DNA from: an uncultured Acidimicrobiia bacterium
GTDB taxonomy: Bacteria; Actinomycetota; Acidimicrobiia; Spongiisociales; JAENVV01
Assembly: GCA_965366365.1 (NCBI GenBank)
Contig: CBDUEV010000006.1
Location: 1,429-65,428, forward strand
DNA: 64,000 nt
Reading direction: 5' to 3'
Under the pieces are notes generated by a model. It was not told the origin of the DNA. It searched no databases and worked only from the letters and a program-made list of their open reading frames with translations. Both the position numbers and the translations under genes were made by a program. Positions 21,295 to 31,767 of the stretch are shown one piece after another. Numbering within the stretch: position 1 is the first letter of the stretch; each line of letters opens with the position of its first letter.

Positions 21295-22158
21295 TCAGAT
21301 CCCTGACAACCAATCGCGGATCGCTCGTCCGATCTCGGGTCCGGAGTCCTCCTGGATGAAATGGATTCCCGGCACCGTCACCTCGGTCTGGTTCGGCCAT
21401 GATCGACAGAACCGGCGCTGGCGGCCGACGAGGACGGAACCAGGGTCGGCGTTGACGAACAGCTTCGGAACCTCCGACGTCGACAGCCATTGGGCGTATT
21501 CGGCGACCACCGCGTGGACATCGGCCGGCTCGCCCTCGATCGGAATCTGACGTGGCCAGGTGAGGGTCGGCCTCCTCGCCTCCCCGACTTCGGCGAACGG
21601 TCTGCGATATTCGTTCATCTCCTCGGTGGTCAGCTCGCGGAGCACCGATCCAGGAAGCACTCGCTCGACGAAATAGTTCTTCCCGAGGATGAGATCCTCG
21701 CCTGCCTCCCCGCGCAGGCCCTCGAAAAACCGGCGCGACGCCTCGGGCCAATCGTCCCAGCTGGCGATCGGTTGGACGATCGCCTCCATGTAGGCGATGC
21801 CTTTGACGGCCTCGCGGTGACGGCACGCCCAGTCGAAACCAAGCGCCGAACCCCAGTCGTGGACGACGAGGGTGACCTTTTCGGATACGCCGAGTACCTC
21901 GAGCAGAGCATCCAGATAGGTACGGTGATCCTCGAAGGTATACGAGTTGGCTCCGCTCGGCACGAGTTTCCCCGAGTCGCCCATACCGAGGAGGTCCGGA
22001 GCGATCAGCCGTCCTCGCCCTTCGAGTTCGGCCATCACATCCCGCCACAGGAATGACGAGGTGGGGTTTCCGTGCAGGAACACGATCGGATCTCCGCGGC
22101 CGGATTCGACGTAGGCCATGCGAATGCCGAGAACCTGTTGATACTTCTTACGAATCAC
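21295..22158 (-). CDS. alpha/beta hydrolase, haloalkane dehalogenase-like
   Basis: HGNPTSSFLWRDV, nucleophile elbow VVHDWGSALGF, C-terminal His. Confidence 0.8.
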   Translation of the reverse strand: MIRKKYQQVLGIRMAYVESGRGDPIVFLHGNPTSSFLWRDVMAELEGRGRLIAPDLLGMGDSGKLVPSGANSYTFEDHRTYLDALLEVLGVSEKVTLVVHDWGSALGFDWACRHREAVKGIAYMEAIVQPIASWDDWPEASRRFFEGLRGEAGEDLILGKNYFVERVLPGSVLRELTTEEMNEYRRPFAEVGEARRPTLTWPRQIPIEGEPADVHAVVAEYAQWLSTSEVPKLFVNADPGSVLVGRQRRFCRSWPNQTEVTVPGIHFIQEDSGPEIGRAIRDWLSGI

Positions 22159-22333
22159 GCTGACTCCAACCTGGCGATGGTCTCGAACCTACCCCCACTG
22201 ACGCTCTATGGGCCGGAGACCCGGCGCCAGGTGGAAGTGCCCCCCTCCCGCGGGGCTCACCTCGGCAGCCATCGGTACCAACGAGGTCTCCAACGGGCGG
22301 CCGAGCCGAACCGACACGCAATAGGCTGCAGGC

Positions 22334-22801
22334 ATGGCACGCACCATCGCAACCACCACCCACGTCTCGCGCCAAGCTCTGCTGGAGTTTCTTCGGCCGC
22401 GGCACCGGGCCATTCTGTCCACCCTCAAGCAAGGAGGCCGCCCCCAGCTGTCGCCCGTCACGATCGGAGTCGACGACGGCGGAAGGCTGGTCGTGGCGAC
22501 CTATCCCCAACGCGCCAAGGTCCTCAACATTCGCCGCAACCCGGCGGTCTCGGTCTGCATACTGTCCGACGACTTCGACGGTGCGTGGGTGCAGGTGGAC
22601 GGTTCGGCGGAGATCCTCGACCTCCCGGATGCTCTGGAGCCGCTGGTCGAATACTTCCGCAACATCGCCGGCGAGCATCCCGATTGGGACGAGTACCGCC
22701 ATGCCATGGTGAAGCAGGGGAAGGTCCTCATTCGGATCGACATCGAGGAATGGGGTCCGATAGCTCGAGGCGGCTTCCCTCCGGAGCTGGCCGGCGAATA
22801 G
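22334..22801 (+). CDS. PPOX-class F420-dependent oxidoreductase (pyridoxamine 5'-phosphate oxidase fold)
   Basis: Length and N-terminal motifs (LLEFLRPRHRAILSTLKQGGRPQLSPV) are typical of the family. Confidence 0.7.
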   Translation: MARTIATTTHVSRQALLEFLRPRHRAILSTLKQGGRPQLSPVTIGVDDGGRLVVATYPQRAKVLNIRRNPAVSVCILSDDFDGAWVQVDGSAEILDLPDALEPLVEYFRNIAGEHPDWDEYRHAMVKQGKVLIRIDIEEWGPIARGGFPPELAGE

Positions 22802-22856
22802 GGGACGAGAGGGCCTTGCCGTTGGCCGGGCCGACCGTTCGAACCGAAAGGCATTC

Positions 22857-23753
22857 ATGTTGAGAGCGCATACCTATTCGGTGGTCGCCCGCGACCCGGC
22901 CAGTGGCGATTTCGGGGTGGCCGTCCAATCACACTGGTTCAACGTCGGGAGAATCGTGCCCTGGGCCCGCGCAGGAATCGGCGCAGTCGCCACCCAATCC
23001 ATGGTCGAGGTGTCGTACGGGCCCAAGGGCTTGGCGTTGATGGAAGCGGGCAGCTCGGCCTCACATACCCTCTCCACGCTTCTCGCTGCTGACGAAGGGC
23101 GCGCCTTGCGACAGGTGGCGATGGTGGACGCCACCGGTGAGGTGGCGGTCCACACCGGTGAGAGCTGTATCGCCGAAGCGGGTCACCTGTCGGGAGACGG
23201 CTGGTCGGTGCAAGCCAACATCATGCGGTCCGACGTCGTGATTCCGGCGATGGCCGACGCAATGGGTGCCTCGACAGGCGATTTCGCCGATCGCCTCCTG
23301 GCCGCTCTGGTGGCCGCCGAGGCAACCGGCGGAGATCTGCGGGGCAGCCAATCGGCTTCGCTCCTCGTCGTCGCCGAAGGAACGGATGAGCCAAGGCTGG
23401 ATCTGCGGGTGGACGATCATCCCGACCCCGTTGCCGAGCTGTCGCGTCTGCTCCACGTCGCCAGGGCGTACGATCTCATGAACGAGGGCGACGAGGCCCT
23501 CGCCGCAGGCGATCTCGCCGGGGCCGGCCGCGCCTATTCGGCCGCCGCCAGAAGCTCGAAGAACCCGGAGATCCTGTTCTGGCAGGGCCTGGGACTCGTC
23601 GAGTCCGGCGAAAGTGCGGCGGGGATGAGGTCGCTTCGCTCGGCGGTGGAGGGCAATCCCGATCTCGGCGAACTGCTTCGGCGTCTGCCGGCAGCCGGGT
23701 TGATCGACCCCACCAAGGCGGCCGAACTGCAGGCCGCTCTGGGTCTGAGCTGA
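22857..23753 (+). CDS. DUF1028 family protein (putative Ntn-hydrolase) with C-terminal helical repeat
   Basis: N-terminus MLRAHTYSVVARDPASGDFGVAVQSHWFNVG matches the DUF1028 consensus; the C-terminus is TPR-like. Confidence 0.65.
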   Translation: MLRAHTYSVVARDPASGDFGVAVQSHWFNVGRIVPWARAGIGAVATQSMVEVSYGPKGLALMEAGSSASHTLSTLLAADEGRALRQVAMVDATGEVAVHTGESCIAEAGHLSGDGWSVQANIMRSDVVIPAMADAMGASTGDFADRLLAALVAAEATGGDLRGSQSASLLVVAEGTDEPRLDLRVDDHPDPVAELSRLLHVARAYDLMNEGDEALAAGDLAGAGRAYSAAARSSKNPEILFWQGLGLVESGESAAGMRSLRSAVEGNPDLGELLRRLPAAGLIDPTKAAELQAALGLS

Positions 23754-23874
23754 CCCATTCCGAGCCGGCCACGACGCTGGCCTGACGCCCGCTTGGTTTC
23801 CAGTTCGGCACGGAAACCGCCGTCTCCTCCAGAACGTCTCAACGACAGGAAATCTCACTTGGAGGAGAACACCC

Positions 23875-24690
23875 ATGACAGCCCCCTCCCGCTACGCAAC
23901 CACCGCGTTGCTGGCCCTCGCCCTGTTGCTGGTCGGCTGTTCCGACAGCGCCACGACGACGTCGACCACGTCACCGACCACGCTCCCCTCGTCGACGACT
24001 TCCACGGAGGCGCCGACCACTACCGCTCCCTCGACCACCACCACCGCTCCCACCCCAACGACCACGAGCACGAGCACGAGCACGAGCATCGTCACGTCCA
24101 CTACCTTGCCTGGCGAGCCGATCGACATCGGGCCGGCGGCGGGAGACGAACTGGGCGTGATCGGGGTCGCCCACGACGACGTCCTCAACGTGAGGAAGGC
24201 GCCGGGAACCGACCAGCCGATTCTCACCACCCTGGCCCCGACTGCCGACGACGTCATCGCCATGGGTGCGGCGCGGCGACTCCCGTCGTCGATCTGGTAC
24301 CAAGTCACAGTCAACGGCACCACCGGGTGGGTGAACAGTTCCTACGTTGCCTACCTCGGAACCGTCGACGACGTGACGTCAGCCATCGTGGCCGGCCTAG
24401 GGGAAATCCCGACGGCCGACTCGATGCTGGCGCTCGGCACCCTGGTCGCCGAGGCGGTGAGCTCAGACGAGGATCCCATCTCGGTGATCACCGTGACCGT
24501 GGCGCCCACCGTCGGGGACCTGGGGGAGATCACCATGGACGTTGTCGGTCTGGGCGACGACTCGGTACGCGGGATCCGACTGCACATCTTCGGAACGCCC
24601 GACGGCACCGGCAAGAGCTTCTCCCTCGGGGCCGTCGAACAAACGGAGCTCTGTGGGCGAGGCGTCACATCTGAGGGTCTCTGCGTGTAG
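23875..24690 (+). CDS. secreted lipoprotein with Thr/Ser/Pro-rich linker and bacterial SH3 domain
   Basis: Lipobox LLVGC, T/S/P linker of ~60 aa, SH3b-like VLNVRKAPGTDQPILTTLA..WYQVTVNGTTGWVNSSYV. Confidence 0.65.
   Translation: MTAPSRYATTALLALALLLVGCSDSATTTSTTSPTTLPSSTTSTEAPTTTAPSTTTTAPTPTTTSTSTSTSIVTSTTLPGEPIDIGPAAGDELGVIGVAHDDVLNVRKAPGTDQPILTTLAPTADDVIAMGAARRLPSSIWYQVTVNGTTGWVNSSYVAYLGTVDDVTSAIVAGLGEIPTADSMLALGTLVAEAVSSDEDPISVITVTVAPTVGDLGEITMDVVGLGDDSVRGIRLHIFGTPDGTGKSFSLGAVEQTELCGRGVTSEGLCV
24064..24087 (+). repeat. (ACGAGC)4 hexanucleotide microsatellite encoding TSTSTSTS in the lipoprotein linker
   Basis: Four perfect units. Confidence 0.7.
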
Positions 24691-24771
24691 CCAAGCTCGG
24701 GTTCTGCTTCCCTCCCGCAACGATGCCGGCCACTCGACTGGCCGGCATCGTTGTCTCACATGTTCAGGAGG

Positions 24772-26556
24772 TCAGAACGAAACGGTCGCCAGATTCGAAC
24801 AGATTGTCGTGCTCTGTTCGCAAACCTGGTACTCGAAGGTTCCGCTCGTGGCGTCGATCCGGTCCGAGTGGGAGCCGTCATTGCGAGTGGTGGAGACGAG
24901 TTGGCTGTCCCGGTAGACGTCGACCCTCGCCCCCGAGGCACCCGTCCACGTCAGGTCTGCCCTGACCCGATTCCGCAGAGCCGTTCCCGCGACGCTCAGG
25001 GTGATGGCCGGGCCGTCGCCGACGGTCACCGAGACGGTGTCCGTGCTGGTATTCCCACCAGAGTCGGTCACGGACGCCGAGATCACGTGGGTGCCGTCGC
25101 TCAAGGTCGCCGAGAAGCTCCCCCCGGAGCCGATGGCCCCGTCGAGATCGGACGTCCACGACAGGTCGGCCGTCAGGTCTCCGTCCTCGGGGTCGGAGGC
25201 CGTACCGGTGAACGAGACCGACGCCCCGGAGGGGAAGGTGGACCCATCGTCCGGCGCAGAGATGGAGAGGCTGGGATCGAGGTCGGAGCCGCCCCCCGTG
25301 GCAATCAGGGTGGGGATGAAGCCACCGGCATCCAGGAGACGCTCCTTGACGCCGTCGCCGGAGTTGTCGGTCCAGTCCAGATTCCCGGCGTTCACGACGT
25401 CGTCGTAGAGCTGGAACACGTCGGAGGAATCATTCGGATTGTCGGCGCTGGCGAGCAGCGCCAGGGCCCCCGCCACGTGGGGCGAAGCCATCGAGGTACC
25501 GCTGATCGTTCCCACCGATCCGAGCTGGACCGGGTAGGTGGAGAGGATGCAGGTGCCGGGAGCGGCGATGCCAACCACGGAGCCGTAGTTCGAGTAATCG
25601 GCCAGGGTGTCGTCAGCTCCGGTCCAGCAGTTCGACGAACCGGCTCCGCCTGGCAGACCGTCGAAGTCGGTGAGGGCGCTCACCGTGAGGGTGTTGTCGA
25701 AGGAGGCCGGGCTGTAAAACCCCGCATCCGAGGAGTCGTTGCCTGCCGCCACGGCAAAGGCCACTCCCGCTTCCACGGCGCCCTGGATCGCGTCGTACTC
25801 CGCCTGGTCGAAGCCGAAGCCACCCAGGCTCATGTTGGCCACCTCGATCGTGTCGGCATTGGCGGCTACCCAATCGATGCCGGCCACGATCCCGGCCGTC
25901 GTCCCGAAGCCTCGCCGGTTGAGGACTTTGACGGCCCAGATTCGGGCACCGGGAGCAACTCCAACCACGTAGGCGTCGTTGTCGATGGCTCCGATGGTGC
26001 CGGCCACGTGCGTTCCGTGATAGTGGTCGTCATCGCCTCCTGTGGAGCATGTCCCGCGCAAGCAGCTGACGCCGCCCGCCACGTTGAGGTCAGGGTGGTC
26101 GAGGTCGACTCCGGTGTCGATCACAGCCACGTCCACATCGACCCGAAAATCGTCCAAGCCGTCGATATCGATATTGGAGTTGGTGTCGGCGAAGATCCGT
26201 CTGATTCCTGTCGGCTCGTCCTGCGCCGAGATGCTGTGCACCCGGTCCTCCTGGACGTACGCCACACCCGGCTGGCGGGCGAGTGCGGCGGCCTGCGTGG
26301 CTGACAAGGCCATCGAGAATCCGCGCAGGGCGTGCTGGTAGACGAAGCCGACTTCACCGTCGAAGCTCTCTGAGGCGTCGGCGGCAACGGCTGCCACCGA
26401 CTGCGCCCCGGCCAACGCAGCTACTCCCGAACCGTCGTCGAGTACCACGATATAGGTCTGTTTCTGAGAGTCGGCGGCGGCCCCGGCCGCGGTGACTCCC
26501 GTCAGAACCAGGGCAAGGGTCAACAATCCGAAGGTTGCTCTACCAATCAACACCAC
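24772..26556 (-). CDS. secreted S8 family serine peptidase (subtilisin-like) with C-terminal Ig-like domains
   Basis: Signal peptide, catalytic triad DTGVDLDHPDL / HGTHVAGTIGA / GTSMASPHVAGALALL, and a C-terminal beta-rich repeat region. Confidence 0.85.
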   Translation of the reverse strand: MVLIGRATFGLLTLALVLTGVTAAGAAADSQKQTYIVVLDDGSGVAALAGAQSVAAVAADASESFDGEVGFVYQHALRGFSMALSATQAAALARQPGVAYVQEDRVHSISAQDEPTGIRRIFADTNSNIDIDGLDDFRVDVDVAVIDTGVDLDHPDLNVAGGVSCLRGTCSTGGDDDHYHGTHVAGTIGAIDNDAYVVGVAPGARIWAVKVLNRRGFGTTAGIVAGIDWVAANADTIEVANMSLGGFGFDQAEYDAIQGAVEAGVAFAVAAGNDSSDAGFYSPASFDNTLTVSALTDFDGLPGGAGSSNCWTGADDTLADYSNYGSVVGIAAPGTCILSTYPVQLGSVGTISGTSMASPHVAGALALLASADNPNDSSDVFQLYDDVVNAGNLDWTDNSGDGVKERLLDAGGFIPTLIATGGGSDLDPSLSISAPDDGSTFPSGASVSFTGTASDPEDGDLTADLSWTSDLDGAIGSGGSFSATLSDGTHVISASVTDSGGNTSTDTVSVTVGDGPAITLSVAGTALRNRVRADLTWTGASGARVDVYRDSQLVSTTRNDGSHSDRIDATSGTFEYQVCEQSTTICSNLATVSF

Positions 26557-26562
26557 TCCAAG

Positions 26563-26572
26563 TGACTAGTCA
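26563..26572. promoter_or_regulatory. 10-bp perfect palindrome TGACTAGTCA in an AT-rich island immediately upstream of the S8 peptidase start
   Basis: Within agtgactagtcagaaagg, a local AT-rich patch between the argH stop and the peptidase start. Confidence 0.35.
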
Positions 26573-26622
26573 GAAAGGGGAGTGTAGTGAGGGGTCTCCG
26601 AGGCGCAAGCGGTTCTCGGGCG

Positions 26623-27993
26623 TCAGCTGCCCGGCTCCTCGAGGGAGGCGGCGATGGAGTCCCTCATCCATCGCACCTGCCGGCTGACCTCCGCGAAGGA
26701 CCCACCCCCGGGCGTGATTCGCCGGTGGACCGACTCGCGTGGATCGAGTAGGGCGAGATCCTCGATCTCGAAACCACTGCTGACGAGATCCTCCCCAGTG
26801 GCGTCTGCGAAGGTCTTTCCTTCTTCGGCCAACGTCTTGATCAGACCACCGACCGTTTCGTGCGCCACCCGAAAGGCCACACCTCGCTTCACCAGCGCCT
26901 CGGCCAGGTCCAGGGCCGTCACCTCGGGACGCGGAGCGGGAGGATGAAAGGAAGCGGACGCCATCATTGCGCCGAGGGTGTCGAGCGACCCCGCCAAGAC
27001 GTCGTCCGCATGGAACACCAGTCGCTTGTCCTCCTGGAGGTCGCGGTTGTACGTCAGGGGCAAGCCCTTCTGCAGGGTCAGTACGGCCGCCACGTCACCG
27101 ATCACGCCGGCCGCTCGACCGCGGACCAGTTCGGCGACATCCGGATTCTTCTTCTGCGGCATGGCCGACGAGCCGGTCGTGAACGAATCCGGAAAGGACA
27201 CCCAGCCGAACTCGGACGTAGCCCAGAGGATCACCTCTTCGGCGAGTCGCGAAAGGTGCGTCATTGCCTGAGCGCACACGAACACGTACTCGGCGACAAA
27301 ATCTCGCGAGGCCACGGCGTCCATCGAGTTCACGAAATGCCATCGCCACCCGAGCAGATGCGCCGTGGCGGCCGGGTCGAGAGGCAAGCTGCTTCCTCCC
27401 GAGGCTCCGGCCCCGAGTGGCGACACCTCGATCCGGCCGATCGCCGACCCCATCCGCTCCGCGTCGCGTCGCAGCATCTCCCCGTAGGCGAGCAGGTGGT
27501 GAGCCAGCGGCACGGCCTGGGCCTGTTGAAGATGGGTGTACGACGGAACCACGGTGTCGCCCACCTCCTCTGCCTTGTCCACCAGATGTGCGGCCATCGT
27601 GGCCAGGCGGCGGACCTGCTCTCGACCCGATCGGGACAGGTAGAGCCGAAGGTCCAAGGCGACCTGATCGTTGCGCGACCGGCCCGTGTGGAGTTTCTTG
27701 GCAGGGTCACCGATCATCTCCCCCAATCGGCGCTCGGTAGCCGTATGGACGTCCTCGTCGGTCTCCAAGAAGACGAACGTGCCGCGTCGGGCCTCTTCGT
27801 AGATCTGTCCGAGCCCCTCGAGGAGCAACCCCGCCTCGCTCTCGGCGAGCAGCTCCTGCTCGGCGAGCATCCCGACGTGCGCCATCGACCCGCGGACGTC
27901 GTCCTCGAGAAGACGCCGGTCCGTGGTGTCCACCGTATACGCCCAGAGCAGCTCGTCGGGGTCGCTGTCGTACCCCCCGGACCAGAGCGTCAC
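26623..27993 (-). CDS. argH: argininosuccinate lyase
   Basis: Fumarate-lyase signature [12 protein letters not shown]. Confidence 0.9.
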   Translation of the reverse strand: MTLWSGGYDSDPDELLWAYTVDTTDRRLLEDDVRGSMAHVGMLAEQELLAESEAGLLLEGLGQIYEEARRGTFVFLETDEDVHTATERRLGEMIGDPAKKLHTGRSRNDQVALDLRLYLSRSGREQVRRLATMAAHLVDKAEEVGDTVVPSYTHLQQAQAVPLAHHLLAYGEMLRRDAERMGSAIGRIEVSPLGAGASGGSSLPLDPAATAHLLGWRWHFVNSMDAVASRDFVAEYVFVCAQAMTHLSRLAEEVILWATSEFGWVSFPDSFTTGSSAMPQKKNPDVAELVRGRAAGVIGDVAAVLTLQKGLPLTYNRDLQEDKRLVFHADDVLAGSLDTLGAMMASASFHPPAPRPEVTALDLAEALVKRGVAFRVAHETVGGLIKTLAEEGKTFADATGEDLVSSGFEIEDLALLDPRESVHRRITPGGGSFAEVSRQVRWMRDSIAASLEEPGS

Positions 27994-29195
27994 TCCCCTT
28001 CTCCGAGGCGAGCTTCCGCGGTACGCCGGAGACGAAGGGCGTTGAGTCGAATGAAGCCCGCCGCGTCAGCCTGGTCGTAGACGTCGTCGGCCTCGAACGT
28101 CACCGTGGCGTGGTCGTACAGCGCGTAGTCGGATCGGCGCCCCTCGACGTAGACGCCACCTTTGTAGAGCCTGAGTCGCGCTTCGCCGCTCACCCGGTCC
28201 TGGGTGGTATCCATGAAGGCCTGCAGGGCCTCTCGCTCCGGAGAGAACCAGAAACCGTTGTAGACCATCTCGGCGTACTTCGGGATGAGCTCGTCGCGTA
28301 GGTGGGCCACTTCGCGATCGAGCGTCAGTGACTCCACGGCCCGGTGAGCGTGGTGGAGTATGGTTCCGCCCGGCGTCTCGTAGACACCCCGGCTCTTCAT
28401 CCCCACGAAGCGGTTCTCGACGATATCGATCCGCCCCACTCCGTGACGTCCCCCGAGGGTGTTCAGCTTGGCCAGGAGAGCGGCGGGGGCGAGCTCTTCC
28501 CCGTTCACCGCGATCGGATCGCCCTTCTCGTAGTGAATCGTGACGATCTCCGCCAGGTCAGGCGCCGTCTCGGGATCCGCCGTCATCTTGAACATGCCGT
28601 CGGGAGGGCTCACCCACGGGTCCTCCAACACCCCGCCTTCGTAGCTGATATGCAGCAGGTTGGCGTCCATCGAGTACGGCTTCTCCTTCGTCACCGGTAC
28701 CGGTATGCCTCGCTGCTCGGCGTACGCCACACAATCAGCCCTGCCTTTGAGGTCCCACTCCCGCCACGGTGCGATCACCTGAATATCGGGTTTCAGCGCA
28801 TAGGCGGACACCTCGAAACGGACTTGGTCGTTCCCCTTGCCGGTGGCCCCATGGGCGATGGCGTCGGCACCGGTCCTCTCGGCCGCCCTCACCAAACCCT
28901 TGGCGATGACTGGCCGCGCCAACGAGGTGCCCAAGAGGTAATAGCCCTCATAGACGGCGTTCGCTCGGAGGGCCGGGAAGACGTAGTCGGTGACGAACTC
29001 CTCGGTCAGATCCTCGGCGATCGCCTCCACCGCTCCGGTGGCGATGGCCTTCACCTTGGCCTCCTCGACTTCCTCCCCTTGCCCGACGTCGGCCGTGTAC
29101 GCCACGACTTCGACGTCATACTCCTCCATGAGCCAGGTGAGAATGACTGACGTGTCCAGCCCACCCGAGTAGGCGAGTACCACCTTCTTCATCAT
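27990..29195 (-). CDS. argG: argininosuccinate synthase
   Basis: [11 protein letters not shown]-loop, length ~400 aa; ATGA overlap with argH. Confidence 0.92.
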   Translation of the reverse strand: MMKKVVLAYSGGLDTSVILTWLMEEYDVEVVAYTADVGQGEEVEEAKVKAIATGAVEAIAEDLTEEFVTDYVFPALRANAVYEGYYLLGTSLARPVIAKGLVRAAERTGADAIAHGATGKGNDQVRFEVSAYALKPDIQVIAPWREWDLKGRADCVAYAEQRGIPVPVTKEKPYSMDANLLHISYEGGVLEDPWVSPPDGMFKMTADPETAPDLAEIVTIHYEKGDPIAVNGEELAPAALLAKLNTLGGRHGVGRIDIVENRFVGMKSRGVYETPGGTILHHAHRAVESLTLDREVAHLRDELIPKYAEMVYNGFWFSPEREALQAFMDTTQDRVSGEARLRLYKGGVYVEGRRSDYALYDHATVTFEADDVYDQADAAGFIRLNALRLRRTAEARLGEGE

Positions 29196-29650
29196 CCTGC
29201 TCCGATCCTTTCCAGGGTTTCTGCCACGGTTCGGCCACCGACGCCCTGTGCGGCGATGACCATGAGCGTGTTGTCTCCGGCGATCGTGCCCAAGACGCCT
29301 TCCAGGGGCGCCGAGTCGATAGCCGCCGCCACCACGTGGGCCGCGCCATCGCCGGTCTTGATCACGACGAGGTTGGCGGTGGGCACGATGGACTCGGCAA
29401 ACTCGGTCAGCGCCCGGGCCAGGCCGGAGAACGCTTCCCCGGAGGGAAGGACCTCGTCCGGAAGCACGTAGCGCGATCGCCCGTCGATGCGCGACTTGAT
29501 CGCTCCCAGGGCATGGAGGTCCCGCGACACGGTTGCCTGGGTGACGTCATAGTGCGCGGCGCGCAACAGGTCCACCAGGTCGCCTTGGCTGGACACCTGT
29601 TGCTCCTCGAGGAGCCTCCGAACCAGCCGTCGCCGTGCCGCGGTATTCAT
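29192..29650 (-). CDS. argR: arginine repressor
   Basis: Winged-helix N-terminus ([25 protein letters not shown]) and C-terminal oligomerisation/arginine-binding GTIAGDNT; overlaps the argG start. Confidence 0.85.
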   Translation of the reverse strand: MNTAARRRLVRRLLEEQQVSSQGDLVDLLRAAHYDVTQATVSRDLHALGAIKSRIDGRSRYVLPDEVLPSGEAFSGLARALTEFAESIVPTANLVVIKTGDGAAHVVAAAIDSAPLEGVLGTIAGDNTLMVIAAQGVGGRTVAETLERIGAG

Positions 29651-29654
29651 AGCG

Positions 29655-29688
29655 CATGACTATACGGATAGCCGCATAATCATGCAAG
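29655..29688 (-). promoter_or_regulatory. AT-rich promoter/operator candidate directly upstream of argR (TATAGT -10-like hexamer plus ARG-box-like half sites)
   Basis: Top strand CATGACTATACGGATAGCCGCATAATCATGCAAG in the 75-bp argB-argR gap, 5 bp from the argR ATG; contains the near-palindrome GCATAATCATGC. Confidence 0.45.
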
Positions 29689-29725
29689 ATGAGGTTCCGG
29701 GGTCGGTCGGTGGACGAGAGACCGT

Positions 29726-30619
29726 TCAGCCGGTGACCATCGTGCCGATCCCCTCCGGAGTGAAGATCTCCAGAAGGAGAGAATGCTGGACACGACCGTC
29801 GAGGATGTGCACCTGCCCGACACCGGAGCGTAAGGCTCGCACACACGACTCCAGCTTGGGGAGCATTCCGGCCGAGACCGATCCGGACCGAACCATCTCG
29901 TCGAGGTCGCCGGCCGTCACCCGGGCAATGAGACTGTCCTGGTCTCCCAGGTCCCGGTACAAGCCCTCCACGTCGGTCAGATAGACGAGCTTGGCGGCAC
30001 CGAGGGCGGTCGCCAGCGCCTCGGCGGCCGTATCGGCGTTGACGTTGTACACCTCGCCGTCCAGGCCCCTGGCAAGAGGGGCGACCACGGGCACGATCCC
30101 CCTTTCCAGCATCCCATGGATCAGGTTGGGGTCCGTTCTCTCGATCTCGCCGACGAAGCCGAGTCGCTCATCCTTGGCGGTGGCGGTGAAGAGGCCGCCA
30201 TCGATGCCCGTGACCCCGGCGGCGGTGGCGCCGTGGCCGGACAACAGGCGAACGATGTCGGGGTTGATCTCCCCGGCCAGCACCGACTGCACGACCCGGA
30301 TCGTCTCTGCGTCGGTGACTCTCAGGCCTTCGACCCAGCTCGGCTCGACGCCGGCTTGACCCATGGCGCGGGTGATGTGGGGACCGCCTCCGTGGACGAC
30401 CACCGGGTGAATACCGACCAAGTTGAGCAGCGCGACATCGCCGGCAAAGGTGTTGCGCAGCGCTTCGTCGGTCATGGCCGAACCGCCGTATTTGACGACC
30501 ACCACCTTGTCCTTGAACGAGCGGATGTAGGGCATCGCCTCCATGAGGATCTTCGCTTTGCCCATCGTTGAGGCAATGCGGCCCTTCCTGGCCGAGGGAC
30601 TGGTGTGGCCGGTGCTCAT
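29726..30619 (-). CDS. argB: acetylglutamate kinase
   Basis: VVVVKYGGSAM, VVVHGGGPHI; the true start may be an internal Met. Confidence 0.88.
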   Translation of the reverse strand: MSTGHTSPSARKGRIASTMGKAKILMEAMPYIRSFKDKVVVVKYGGSAMTDEALRNTFAGDVALLNLVGIHPVVVHGGGPHITRAMGQAGVEPSWVEGLRVTDAETIRVVQSVLAGEINPDIVRLLSGHGATAAGVTGIDGGLFTATAKDERLGFVGEIERTDPNLIHGMLERGIVPVVAPLARGLDGEVYNVNADTAAEALATALGAAKLVYLTDVEGLYRDLGDQDSLIARVTAGDLDEMVRSGSVSAGMLPKLESCVRALRSGVGQVHILDGRVQHSLLLEIFTPEGIGTMVTG

Positions 30620-31767
30620 GATGGTTCTCCGTTGAAGATGACGTACGAGGGGGTGAGGTCGGTGGTCACAACCGTGCCGTGTCCGGGGCCATCACCCACC
30701 GAGATGTGGACATCCAGTGGGCCCTCTTTCATGAGGGCCCGCAACGCGACGCCGTCGAAGTGGACTGCCGACCCGGCTGAGGCAACCGGCACTCCCTGGT
30801 AGCTCACCGCCACCGCGGCAGGGTCGATGCTCACACCGGCCACGCCGAGTGCCCCGTAGATCCTCCCCCAGTTGGGGTCGCCTCCGTAGAACGAAGCGCG
30901 CACCAACACCGAATCGGCCACCGCCATGCCCAGACGCCGTGCATCGGCATCGGATTCCGCGCCGCTGATGGTCAGCGTCACGACTCGCGAGGCGCCCTCG
31001 GCGTCTTCCGCCATGGCAGAGGCGAGGCGGCGGCAGACGGCTAGGACCGCACCGGCGAATTCCTCACGAGCCGGTTCGATCTCGCTGGCTCCGGAAGCCA
31101 TGATCACCACCGTGTCGTTGGTCGATTGACATCCGTCGATGTTGAGACTGTTGAAGGTGGGGGCGACGGCGTCGGCGAGCACCTCGCTGAGCGTCTCAGC
31201 ATCGACTCGCGCGTCGGTGGTCAGTACCGCCAGCATGGTGGCCATGTCCGGCCGGATCATGCCTGCGCCTTTGGCCATGCCGCCGATCACCCATCCATCG
31301 CCGGCATCGGTCGCCTGTTTCGGTACGGAGTCAGTGGTCAAGATCGCTTCGGCGGCCGCATGCCCGTCGGAGCCGAGTGCGGCAACCAGCTCCGGAATTC
31401 GGCTCGGCAGGCGGTCCGGCAGCTGTGGGCCGATCGGGCCCGTCGAGCAAACCGCCACCTCCGAGACCGGCCGACCGATGGCGCCGGCCACGGCCTCGGC
31501 CATCGCCCGCGCAGCGGCCGCTCCCTGCTCTCCTGTCCCGGCATTGGCGCAGCCGGAGTTCAACACCACCGCAGCCAGTCTCCCCCCTGCGACGTGGGCC
31601 CTGCTGAGCGATACGGGGGCCGCTTCGGTGGCCGACCGGGTGAAAACCGCCGCAGCCGGGACCGGCCCGGACTCCGACACCACCAGGGCGAGATCGAGCT
31701 GTCCGTCGGACTTGATGCCCGCCGCCATGCCACCAGCCCGGAATCCCCGGGCGGCGGTGACGCTCAC
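30616..31767 (-). CDS. argJ: bifunctional glutamate N-acetyltransferase / amino-acid acetyltransferase
   Basis: ArgJ N-terminus VTAARGFRAGGMAAGIK and autocatalytic-cleavage region ATML. GTG start chosen at the GTGA overlap with the argC stop; an alternative GTG lies at 31776. Confidence 0.8.
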   Translation of the reverse strand: MSVTAARGFRAGGMAAGIKSDGQLDLALVVSESGPVPAAAVFTRSATEAAPVSLSRAHVAGGRLAAVVLNSGCANAGTGEQGAAAARAMAEAVAGAIGRPVSEVAVCSTGPIGPQLPDRLPSRIPELVAALGSDGHAAAEAILTTDSVPKQATDAGDGWVIGGMAKGAGMIRPDMATMLAVLTTDARVDAETLSEVLADAVAPTFNSLNIDGCQSTNDTVVIMASGASEIEPAREEFAGAVLAVCRRLASAMAEDAEGASRVVTLTISGAESDADARRLGMAVADSVLVRASFYGGDPNWGRIYGALGVAGVSIDPAAVAVSYQGVPVASAGSAVHFDGVALRALMKEGPLDVHISVGDGPGHGTVVTTDLTPSYVIFNGEPS

